The notes beneath the pieces were generated by a model. It worked only from the letters and a program-made list of their open reading frames with translations, did not search any database and was not told the DNA's origin. 62,000 bases of DNA from Chiloscyllium plagiosum (lineage: Eukaryota): NCBI RefSeq assembly GCF_004010195.1, contig NC_057749.1:17005750-17067749 (forward strand), read 5' to 3'. The position numbers were made by a program, and so were the translations under genes. Position 1 is the stretch's first letter. The number at the start of each line of letters is the position of its first letter. Shown here piece by piece: positions 1-12,300 of this stretch.

Positions 1-96
1 GGGAAGGAGGGGGTTTGGGGATGGGGTCTGTGTTGTGTCTGTATCGGGAGATGGGGACATTGTATAAAGAACAGCAAGAGATCAAGATCGATTTAC

Positions 97-332
97 CTGA
101 ACTTCATGTGTGCCTGAGAGAGGTAATCGTTTACTGAGCCCAGGTGGCAGTTTTCCTTGTCGAACATTTTACTGGAGGCAGCATGTTGTAAGACCTTAGC
201 AATGGAGCCCAGATTCCTTCTCTGATCGGTGGTCAGACCCCCACCCCCAGCCGAGATGTCGATGATATCAAATGCGTCAGGGGCCACGATGGCTGGGTTC
301 ATGTAGCGGTAATACAGCAGATTACCGACAAT
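97..332 (-). CDS. IQGAP1: IQGAP1 exon ~29 (236 nt)
   Basis: tttcag|[62 protein letters not shown]|gtaaat. Confidence 0.96.
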
Positions 333-3300
333 CTGAAATCAGCCAGAATGTAACTCACAACAACAATAATAACAGCTCCCAGCTGCCACCCCGAAACACT
401 TGGCAAGTTTGTATAGAACGTGGAATAATCTGGACACTGGCAAAAGTCAGTAAGAGCTATCAGTGACAAGACAGGGATGGGAGACACAGGAAAAGAGGGG
501 ACACAGAGAGGAGCAGCAAAGGAAAGAGTAGGCACACAACTAACTTCAGTTCAGTTGCCACTCACAGAGAGGTTCACCGCAGGAGGAATTAAAGACCAGA
601 CTTCCAAAGGCAGGAAACGAAGGATTGTCAATCTCCTGCTACCTGGGAAAATTCCCCAAGCTCAGTTCAAAGAGTGTGGAAAGGAGAGAAATCGAAAGCC
701 TTAAAACAGAAGAGAGAAGAGAAGCAAGGTTGAAACAAAATTATCAAAGGCTGGAAATATATTCGATTTACTTTGCAATGTGGGATTAGACTTTAAACCT
801 CAGTAGCTCAGCTAGGAAGGAAGCTCAGACCCAGTAAAGTAACTCCCTCCAGGGTTCCCCCGGCTGGTGAAATTCAGTCTGACATGGAGCTGGAGGGGGA
901 ATGGTGTAAAACAATTCTATTCAAACCTGTCTGAAACTGACAAGCAGACAGGTCTGTTTGTCCACACAGAGATATTACGCCTCAGTGCCATTTCTCATCC
1001 AACAGACACAGTGTGATCACACACCTACCTTAATGAGCTCGTCATCTGTGGCATCAGGAAACTTCTCATGCAAGGAATCCTTCAGGACTTTAGCAATCAG
1101 CCTCATTCCGTACCTGCATCGGTGGGAGAGAGGTATTGGTGAACAAAGACAGGGAGATGGTGGAGCTGGTGGATCATAGAGTGACCACAGCTCGAACTGT
1201 GGTGCAGCCAGTCTCCAACGCAATCCTCACTGGGAGTCCAGACAAGAGACTGAGAGAGCGAAATGGTCACATTCTGTCCACTGTAACCTTAGAAAAGGTG
1301 GGGCTGCGGGAGGGGAGTATGTGGGTGGGTAGAGTCAGTAACAGTGGAGAGTGTATAAAGGGCTGTGGGAAATGAGTACTTACGGGATTTTGTCCACCGA
1401 TGTAACAATAGCTGACAGGAATTTGTCGGTGATTGTTCTCATGTTCTTGATGGATGTGTCTAGTCTCTGTTTGACCTCATCATGACTGAGCGCCTGGTCT
1501 GGTGTGACATCGTACGGGAGTTTACTGAAAAACAGAATTGTGGATACGTTGACTATCGGTTGGATGCAAAGGGCTGCTTAGTATCCACTCTGTCACGTCA
1601 GTCCACAGGGGCAAAGTGAACCCTTCAAAATCCCAACCATTTCCCTGCTGATGAAATGGACATCATACCAACAGCAGGCTCTCCCATCTCCTCATTTCTT
1701 CCCCCATCCCAGTTGTTACCACTTTCGACACTGGACCCTACAGCAGGAACTGAACCAGCTGACAGCATTCAGCAGTGAAAGGAGCAGAACACCTTGATCA
1801 AACACGATACAAGGCCATGCCTGTCTGTCTGTCTGTTTAGTAAAGGACTTGCATCTGCATTATATTTTTTAATATAAAGTGCTCCACAGCCAATTAAGTA
1901 TTTGTGAAGTGTGGTCACTGTTGTGATGGAAAAAATACCAGCACCAATTTGTGGAGAGGAAGCTCCATCAGCAGCAATGTGACAATGACCAACTAAATCT
2001 GTTCTGTGGATGAAACATTAGTCAGGAATCCAAAGCTAAATACTATCCTCTTATTCAAATTAGCAGCACCCATGCTTGAGGGTGGATGGGAGCTCAATTT
2101 ATCATCTCATCTACGAGATGTCACCTCCAGCAGAGCAGGCTGGGATTGAGACGGAGACTGAGATCGATTTTTTTCTATCAGTAAGGGGGAAATCGAGGGT
2201 TCTGGAGAAAAGGCAGGGAAGTAGAGTTGTGGATGACCAGATCAGCCATGATCTTATTGAATAGCAGAGCAGACTCAATGGACCAAATGGCCTAATTTTG
2301 TTCCCATATGGAAATAGACTTATGGTCTGACTGCACTCTCTTGGTACCAGGGTTAATGCTGGATGTGAGCTGTAGGTAGGATCGTATCCACTCAGCCCAT
2401 ATGGTCAGTGAACGTAATGTGAAATCGGACACAGACTTGTCTCAATCTCTTTCCAATACGGTGGAGTTTGGTGATGAGAAATCCACCCCACATATACTCT
2501 CACAGCTGTATTCACCAAACTGTGGGCTGGACAGCAGAGGGAGAGTGATTCTGAGCTGGTGAACTCCTGGAATAGCAAGACCTGGAGTGAATCAGAGAGT
2601 CTGTAAGTGACAAGGAAACAGACTCTGCAGGGTGCAGGGGACAAAGGAGAGGGCCTGGAGAAAGCTTCGCTCCCCAAGCATGGTGGCATTACCAACCAGG
2701 GCACAGGCTCGTGCTAGCACTAATAAACAAGCACACAGCACCAGGGGTCGCAGGAACTGCACACTCGCCAGAAGTTGCAGTGCGCTGGGTATAAATGCGG
2801 CTGCTGTCCCTCCCTTGATCAGCAGCACAGGAATCAGAGGAAACTCTTGTTTGCTTCACTGGTGTTTGCTGTCGATGTAGAACAGCTGCCCTTGTAGAAA
2901 ATGGCACACTTCATGAAGTAATTCTTCAGATGAAGCACTCTGGGGCACTTGGCTGACGTGATCACTGTTGTATGAACACACATTTCCTCCTTTCTCAGTG
3001 TTGTATACCCTACATGTTCCTTCCTGTTTGATGGACACTGCAAATTTCATTCTTCATTATCCTAGCTCACAGTGAGCCTAGTGTGGTTAGCATGGGACAT
3101 GTTGTGTAAGATATGCTCCAGGCCAGGGAACAAAGGACTGTTAACCAGCACAGTGCCTCGGAATGATGGAGAGAGATTGGGATGAATCCTGACCTGAAAG
3201 CTCTCACCAGGAGCCCAGCTCACTGAGAGACTGACTCATTGAGCTGTTAGTCTTCAGAACACTTCACCCCAAAGGCTGGATTACTGAATATATTCAAGGC

Positions 3301-6300
3301 AGACTTAGACAGATTTGTGAGCTTCAACAGAGTCCAAGGTTATGGGGAACAGGTTGGAAAGTAGAGTTAAAACTCTGATCAATGAGCCATGGCTTAATGA
3401 ATAACGGAACAGGCTTGAGGGCCGTGTAGGGAATGGATTTGAATCACACATTCCAGGCGGACTAGCATCTCCAGAAAGCACCTGTCCTCACCCCCAGGTG
3501 TGCTTCACTTTCCCCTAAAGGCCATTCACCCAGCTCTCCCGAATCCCGGGCCCACTTCACACGTCTCCCCTGGCATCATGTTGCTGCCAGGGCTGGAGGC
3601 AGCACCAGTAAAAGTGAGCAAGCAGGGCACTTGTCTTCATTGGTTGGTGCTCCAGGAAGACAGGAGTCTCACCAGGAGTGTATGGAGCAGCCCACTGGGT
3701 AAGGACGTTTGCCGTGTGTCTCTCTTACCTGGCCTCTCCTGTCTGTGATTCCATCTGGTTCACCCAAGCCTTGTAAATATCCACAGGGTCTGTCTTGATG
3801 TTCATTGACCGTTCCTCAATGATCTCCTTGACAACAGGAGCCAGGATCTGTCGGAGGGCATTCTGTCCTCGTGCTCCACGGTTGAAGCTGACCACCATCT
3901 TAATAACAGTGGGGTTCCCTGTGATGATCTCATGGAGCTGATCGACCTTTGACCTGCAGAAAGCAGAGAATGTGCCAGGGTCAAAATCACTTTCACAGGG
4001 ATCTCTTACAGTGTTTCCCTCAGAGGCCTGTATGTACAGAGAGGAGAAAGTGAGGTCTGCAGATGCTGGAGATCAAAGTTGAAACTTTATTGCTGGAACA
4101 GCACAGCAGGTCAGGCAGCATCCAGGGAACAGGAGATTCGACGTTTCGGGCACAGGCCCTTCTTCAGGAATGTATGTACAGAGAGTCCATCTCACACACT
4201 CCCTGACAAGTGCCAATGTCACCAAACAAAATCCCACACGAGTCTCTCTCTTCTGACATCACCCTTGGACAGTGGCCTTCTGCCTGGACTGCAAACCCCA
4301 TTCTCTGGTAGCAACATAGCAGTGAATAGACAATCCCCTCCCTACAACGTTGTAAATCTTACCGACAGCAAATGGGCTGCAGCCTTCAGCTCATCACCAG
4401 CTTCTCCAAGGCAACTGGAAACGGGTAATAAATGCTGGCCCAGCCTATCACATCACAGCCCGTGAATTAACAAAAGCAATCTCAAACACCTCAGTCTGAA
4501 CCTGTCCCTCCAACCCTCAATCCCATTTCCAAACCGGATATTCATCAGGCTCTTTTTGACCGGATTTACCTGCCAGTGACTGATCTGGAATTAGGGGGTA
4601 AGGAGCAGTAAAGGGCAGATGTGGGCAGGAACCTACTTGATTTCTTCTTGGAGGGCAGTCTTGAAGAGTTTCAGCAGCAGGTACTCCTCTCTCTGGTTCG
4701 AAGCATAGTTATAGAGCGTGAAAATGACCGAGTCCATGAACTTAGTGGATTTATTCTGAGGCATCTGAAAGATCAGCTTGGCCAGGTAGGTGGGGTTAGT
4801 CTGGAGAGAGAGAGCGAGAGAGAGAAAAACACACCCAATGTGACACTGATTTCCTACTCATTGAATGGAACCGTTGACTTTAAGTTGCCTTTTCCTAACT
4901 CCCTCCTGTTTTCTCATCAATGCTGTGCTGGATGACAGGGTTCCAGGCTGGACAGACTCAGACTGTCTACTGGACCCAGTAGGGGGTGGCTCACACACGA
5001 CTGAGTTGGAAATTGATTATCACTGCAAAAGATGACCCCAGACATTTTCTACCGGAAGGATTTGCATTTTCATAGTCCCCTTTCACAAGTTCAGGGCATT
5101 GCAGAGCTCTTCACAGTTAATGAGGTATTGTTTTCCAAGTGCAGTCTTTGCTGTAGTTTGGGAAAAGCAGCAGCCAATTTGTGCACAGTAAAATTCCACA
5201 TGAGATGGAATGAGATAATGACCAGATTGTAATGCTGGTTGAGGGATAAATATCGGCCCCAAGACACTGTTCACATGCGGGAAGCTGGGGCTTCTTAAAA
5301 GACCTTGTGCCTGACAGTTCAGCAGCCACTCAGTACTGCATGGAAGAGCCAAGCTGTAATTTATGCTCCAAATGTGAGAGAGGGACTCGAACCCACAATC
5401 TTCTGGTTCAGAGGCAAGAATGTTACACCCTGAGCCAAAGGTGACAACTTCAAAATGGGTGGGAAGAGTCAGTGATGGAGGGAGAGTGTACCCGAGGGAG
5501 CGGACCCAGTTGGGTGGGAAAGAAGCCAACTGGAGTTTACCTGGAGCAGGTAGAAGAGGTTCTGATAGGCCTCCAGCTTCATCCGTTTCTCCTTGCTCAA
5601 GGCCTTCAGGCCTCCTTTCTGCTTGTTGATCTGCATCATGTCTGACAGCTGCTCTTTGTTCTTCCGGGTCAGTTTCTTGCTGTGAGACACTACTTCCTGT
5701 AACGTTAGAAAGGTACCGTCAGCCCATCCAACCCATCCCTGCCATTGGTCACTATCTCATCATGTGACCAAGAACCTGGCTCTGGACTGGGGACAGTGGC
5801 TCACAAGCAGAGGCCTCCCAGCTCCCAACCATGTCATAATTTTCTGGGATTTCCCTGATATTCCCATTGTCCAGTCAATATTCCCAGGGTGATATATTTC
5901 CGGTGTGATTTTCTTACTGTTCAGGACAAAATTCCTGTTGTCTGGGGCAATACACCTGATGGTAGTCCCTGACCAATTACCCTGGCGCTTGGGACAAAAT
6001 TCCTGTTAGCAGGAATAGGATTACCAGTACCTGGGATGGTTATTGCTGGCACTGTATTTCCAAAGAGTTATTCCCGTCAGCTTCATGAATGATATTCCTA
6101 TCGCTGGAAATGGTGTTCCCATACTGGTATTCCCAGACTGATATTTCAAGGGACCTTTCCATTATTTTGGAATTGATATCTCATTACTAGGGACAACACT
6201 CCCATTATTCCAGAACCATATTCCCATTTCAGGAAGTGGTACTCCCAACAATCTGGGAGGGGGGAGTGATATTCCCACTATTCTGTGTATGATGCTTTGC

Positions 6301-9300
6301 GATTAACATTCCCATTATTCAGGGCTGATTTTCCAATTCTTCTGGGGAGAATATTCCTGATATTTCAGGGATGATACTCTGGTTACTTCAGTATCACTAT
6401 TCCCTGTATTCTGGGGTCAACGTTCCTATTATTCTGGGTGATGTGCCCATTGGTCTGGGATTGATAGTCATTAGTTGGGTGATATTCCCACCGTTCCGAG
6501 GTTTTTATTCCCATTACCTGCAGCGTGATTTTGTTCTTCACCAGGAGCCCAATCTTTATATCCATTGTGTTGAGATCATTTTCTAGTTGCTGATTGGACC
6601 GGATCCGAGTAACCACTTCCTCTCTCAGTCGCATCATTTCCATCTCCTCCTGGAAATCCTGGTCACTCTGATCGAGCAGGTGCACAAACTTCCGGACAAC
6701 GGCCATCGGAGGCTGCTCCGCATTGACTATCCGAGAAGAGAGGGTTAGTGAGAGAGGGAGAAAGGAGAGGACAGCCACAAAACAAATCCTATCCTGACAC
6801 CGAGCTGCATTGGTTTCAGGTCAGCAATTTCCAATTAAAAGCATTAACCCTGTTGGCCCGGGCCCCTTACTCTCAGATTCCCAGACACTGGATCTTCCTG
6901 GTTCTCGTCTCTTATTCACCTCCCCAACATCCTACCTCCTCCCCAGTTCCTTCATTCCCTTTACCTTCTCTCTTCAAACTTTATGTGCTCTCTTTCTAAA
7001 TACTTCCATCGCTCCCCTTCTTTGATCCAATAATCGAGGAATAAATGGATATATCACATCAAATGATGGATCTGGCACCGGTTCTTGAGTCTGATACTCA
7101 CTCAGAGTTTTATAATCATCTCGGGCCTTGTTTGCTCTGATGAATGCCTGGATTTTAATAATATCAGACTCCTGGAAATAAATGAGAAAACTGGAGATCA
7201 GTATTAACCTCAGCAGGTGTTGTAGCTGTTTGAACCTGGAGTGAGACACACAGTCAGAATGATCAGGGAGCATCAGGCAGCTGGAAGGAACTAGATGGCT
7301 CATAGTTACTGACCCACCTGTACCGCAGAGACATGGGTCAGCTGATTCCAAACCAAACCCCTCTGCTTTGGATTTCCTCCACACACACTCCCTCACAAAT
7401 CATAGCACCAAGATACAACTCTCAGTCAGAGGATCCTTGTAAATAGGAACAGAGTAGGCTATTTAGCCCCTCGCGCCTATTCAATTGTTCAACTGGATGA
7501 TGACCAAAATTCTATCTATATGACCATCAGACATAGTAACAGGAGTAGGCCATTTGGCCCATCAAACCTGCTCCCCATTCAATGGGATCCTGGCTGATCT
7601 GACATTCTTCACATTCACTTTCCTGCCCTTTTCCTGTAACCCTTGATTCCCCAACTGGTCAAGAATCTCGCTATCACAGCTTTAAATGTACACAAGGACT
7701 CTGCCCCCACAGCTCTCTCTGTGGTTAGGAGTTCCAAAGGCACTTAACCCTCTGAGAGAAGAAATTCCTCCTCCTCTCCATCTGAAATTGGTGTCCCTTT
7801 ATTCTGAGACTGCACCCTCTGGTCCAAGACTCTCCCCTGAGGGGGAGCACCCTCTCAGCATTGACCTTGTCGAGCTCCTTAAGAATCTGAAATGTTTTAA
7901 TGAGATCACCTCTCATTCTTCTAAACTCCAGTGAGTGGATTCTAATCTGTTTAATCTTTGCTCATAAAATTCCATACTGGGATCATTCTTGTGAACCTTC
8001 TCTGAATTGCCTCTAATGAGATGCTATCTTTCCTCAAAAAAGCAGACTAGACTGCTCCCAGTGCTCCAGATGTGGTCTCACTGGCCCCTTGTACAGTTGC
8101 AGTAAGTCTTCCCCACTCTTACTCTCCAACCCCCTTGAAATTAGGGCCAACATCCCATTGGCCTTCCTGATTACCGGCTGCACCCTGTGTGCTCGCTTTC
8201 TGTTTCTCAGGTACAAATGCCCTCAGGTACCTTTGGATTGCAGCTTCCTTTGGTTTTTCTCTATTTAAATAATGCTTTGTTCTTTTGTTCTCCCCTTGCA
8301 CATCGTTAACATGTAGAAATCTATCAATTTCTGTTAGGAACACATCTGATAACAGACCCTCTACAGCCCTCTGGGGCAGAGAATTCCGAAAATTCCTCAG
8401 AACCTTAGTAAAGAAATTCTTCCTCATCTCAGTCTGAGGGCAGATTCCCTACTCAGAGACTTTAGATTCCCTTCAACCAGGGAACATCCTTCCTGGGTTT
8501 TCCCTGACAGACCCCAGCAAACATTCCTGGCAACATTACACCATGGTTGGAGTGGGACACGGTCAGGGGCTGCAAGCTGCACTTGGAGACTGAACAGCGA
8601 TCAATCTAACCTCAGAGAAACTGAGATCTGCATTCCTGGATGGGGTGTGTAGGAGTTAGGGAAGGGTAAATGCTCAAGAGTTAATCAGAGGATCAGTAAC
8701 AAAGGAGTGATCTCATTGTACAGTGGGTAGTGTCCCTGTCTCTGAGCCAGAAGCTCCAGCTATAAGCCTCGTTCCAGGACGTGGATGGTCATGCAGTTTG
8801 TAACATGGTCAGCCCATAAATCCTTCCCTTACGTCTGAACAGCAGGTGGTGAAAGGGGGAAAGAGTCTCCTGATCAGCCATGTTGGATGCAGAATGGGGC
8901 ATCTCAAACTAGGAGTGAGCACATTGGCAATCTGTCCCAGGAAACACCAGCTACAGGCACAGACAGAAGTAGTTGGTCTGCCTCAGACATCATACACTAG
9001 ACACAGGAAGACCTTTGAGCCTGTAAGTCCAAGTGATAAGGAGCATGGATGATTACTCTTTTATTGTCCATATCCCAGCAAACAAGGCCAGAACTTGCTG
9101 CTGGATTGTTAATCCAGCAAACAGGTAATGTGCTGGGGACCCAGTTAAATCCTGCCAGGACAGATGGTAGAACTTGAATTCAACAAAAATCTGGTCTGAA
9201 GGGCCTAATGATGATCATGAATCCATTATCAATTGTTGGGAAAATCCCATTTGATTCACTCATGTCCTTTAGGGAATGAAACTGCCATCCTTACCTGGTC

Positions 9301-12300
9301 TGGCCTACATGTGACTGCAGACTCAAAGCAATGTGGTTGACTCTTAAATTTCCTCTGAATGCTTACGGATGGATAATAAACACTGGTCTAGCCAGTGACG
9401 CCCTCATCCCATAAATGAATAAAAAAAGGATCATCTTGCTTGGTGATTTCAGGGGAATTGCCCTAAGTCTGGAGTCACATGTAATCCAGATGAGGTAAGG
9501 ATGGCAGATTTCATTTCCAAAATGGCATTAGTGAGCCAGATGGGTTTTTACAACAATCAATAACCAGCCTAGCATTTAATTCCAGCTTTATTTAAATACC
9601 ACGTTGCTGAGCTGCGATTTGAACACCTGTCCCCAGCTCCTGGGCGTCTGGATTGCTAGTCTAGAGACAGTACCACTCCAGGATTGTTAAAACAAAGGGC
9701 AAAAGAAATGATTTTCACACAAATCTATCAGAATTCAACACCACACAGAAGGTCATGGATTGAAAAGAATTGAAAAATAAACAACGAGAGACTTTGTGTC
9801 ATTACGCAGAGCGGTGATGATTTGGAAGGTGAATGGGAAATGAAATCAGAATCCAGAGGAAACTACTGGAAGCTACTGGGGAGGAATAATTTACAAAGAC
9901 ATGGGGAAAAGTCTGGATTGGAAAGATGCGAAATTTGACAGTGCCTTCGCAGAAATAGAACAAATGTGACCGTCCGAATCGTCATGTCCTCCTGTGCTGA
10001 GAGGTTTCAAGATTCTACAGAGCAGGTGGAGTTAATTCAGTCACATCACGACATCTACAAATCAATCAAAAAAGACTGGAAGAACGATAATAATGGTTGT
10101 GGGGGAGGATCAAACCTGGTACAATGGGTTAAAGCATACACCAATCCACAGGCTGGACACACTTCCCTTCAGATGTAAATAATTCTTGTGTAATTTCTGA
10201 ACAGTTCTCCCTTACCTTTATTAGCTACTGCATTACCAGATAGTTTCCCGAGCTTTTTGAAGTCACAATACTTCAACTTTACTCAATTTATATTTTGACG
10301 AGAGGAAGCTGGTTAAAAAGGGCAAACCCCAGTGCGCGGTGTCATTAACCATGTAACAGATCACAACACTCACATGATCCTTAAAATACTTCAACCGATC
10401 TTGGTACTTCTTCCTGGCTTGCTGCATTCGCATTAACGACTGAATCTGTAACAGAAAGAGAGAGATAGAGAAAAGGTGAGAGGGAAGAAAGCAAGGGGGT
10501 GTTATGAAGGAGAGAGGAGGTGAAAGAGACAGAGAAAGGATGTGAAAAAGTGAGAAATTAGGGAAGGAGGGAGAGTGAGAGAGGGTGGAGTGACAGCATG
10601 AAAGATAGGCAGAAAGAGGGAGAGAGAATGAAAGAAAAAACATACGAGGTTTGACCACAATACAACAGAGCTGGCCTGAGTAATGAGGCTGGACCCATTC
10701 AGACAGGAAACATAGAGTGAGTACCAGGGGCCAACATTGTACACAAGATGGACAGTATGTGTTATGTTGCTAGTCATTAATTTGGTGATGCAGGAAGTTA
10801 TCTGTCTTCCACAATTATTCCTCTGCATTTCACAGTTCAATACAAACTCCACTTCACTTTCCTAACCAATTTCCCTCACTGGTAAATTCCAGCTCTTTTT
10901 GTTTGGATCTCCACCAGGAACTTACTCGTTCAACAAATTAAACAATTTACAAGAACCAACAATGACAAAAGGGACGAGGTGGGGGCTAAATCAAAGGCAC
11001 TTGGAAGGAGAAATGTTGTACCCCAGCCCCTGGAGTTCCCAGCACTCTCGAAAAGCTTCAGGGTGAAAAGCTGCCGTTCGGTATATGATCCACTGAGGTC
11101 CAGTTGCTCTCTCATGTGTCTCTAGAGTATGTCCTGATTCATTCTCAAGGGGGACCATCAATCACGATATCGTCAGTGTGCATCTGGCCCAGTATATGTG
11201 CACATCGACACAGTGTGCCCAAGGGACTGGTATATGTCCACATTGACACCGTGTGTGTATCAGACATCAGTATATGTACACACTGACCTCAGATATGTGC
11301 TGGGGTTAATGAAGAGTGCTGAATCTCCTTGAATAATTCACTTAATGGGAGTCAACAATTTCCTAACCCCGATCACCCAAGTTGAATTCATAAAGCAATT
11401 ATCCCTTTACCTTCACCGCAGAGGCTGTGTTGTCTTTGAGGTACTGAAGCCTGTTCTTGTAGGCCTGCCTTTGTTTGTAACCTTTCCAGTTAGACTGTGG
11501 GGAGAGAAATGCCACAATTATATCTCACCAACAGACTACATCTAAAATGTTTCCTCAGAGTCTCAATACTCAGAAACCTCATACCTGAATGGCCAGGATT
11601 GCCGGCTGCTGTTTCTTCAGGAAGTTCATCCGATCTGAATATTCCCTCCGTACCAGGTAACCTCGGCAACGTGCCTGTAACTTAGTGATCAGGGTCTCGT
11701 TGGCCACCCACAGCTGCTCTCGGTTATAGGCAGCTGTCACTCCTGAAATCGTTGACTGTGGAGTGAGAGAGGGAGACAAACCTGTTACAGCTGAGGTGGG
11801 GGGAGAGAGACAATGGGAGACAGAGACAGAGAGTAAGAAAATGGTTTGTGTGTGTGAAAGAGAGAGAGAAATAGAGCGCAAGAAAGATGGAGGAATGAAG
11901 AAGGTCAATGAGTCAGACTGTGACAGAAAGTGAGTGATGGTCTGTGTCTGACAACAACAATTTGAGAAAGAGTGATTGCTCTGATTTGTCAATAATTATT
12001 ACATGCTGTGACTATCAGGATAGGGAAGCAGCTGAATTATGCAGATCTGGGATTGTTCACATCCACCCCAAACAGGGCCTTGTCTCACCCGAAAGGCAGC
12101 AGCTGGGACAGTGCAGCACTCCTTCAGCACAGCACAGCAAGGTTAGCCTTGATTCCTGAGCTCAAGTGGGAACTGACCCTGGAACCTAATGATTCAAAGG
12201 TGACTGTGTGCTAACCACTGACGCCAAAGTTACGACACACACAATTCAGTTTGGGCATTCCGAATTTAACTTTTAAAAGCCTGCAGTATTTGTGGGGAGG

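Noticed and set aside
2856..3050. 64-aa ORF containing HEVCH (HExxH zinc motif), with a nearby TATAAA and TGCACAC
   Set aside because: Short, no other metalloprotease features, acceptor phase incompatible with intron 26, and the TATA/MRE-like motifs face the other strand; likely chance.
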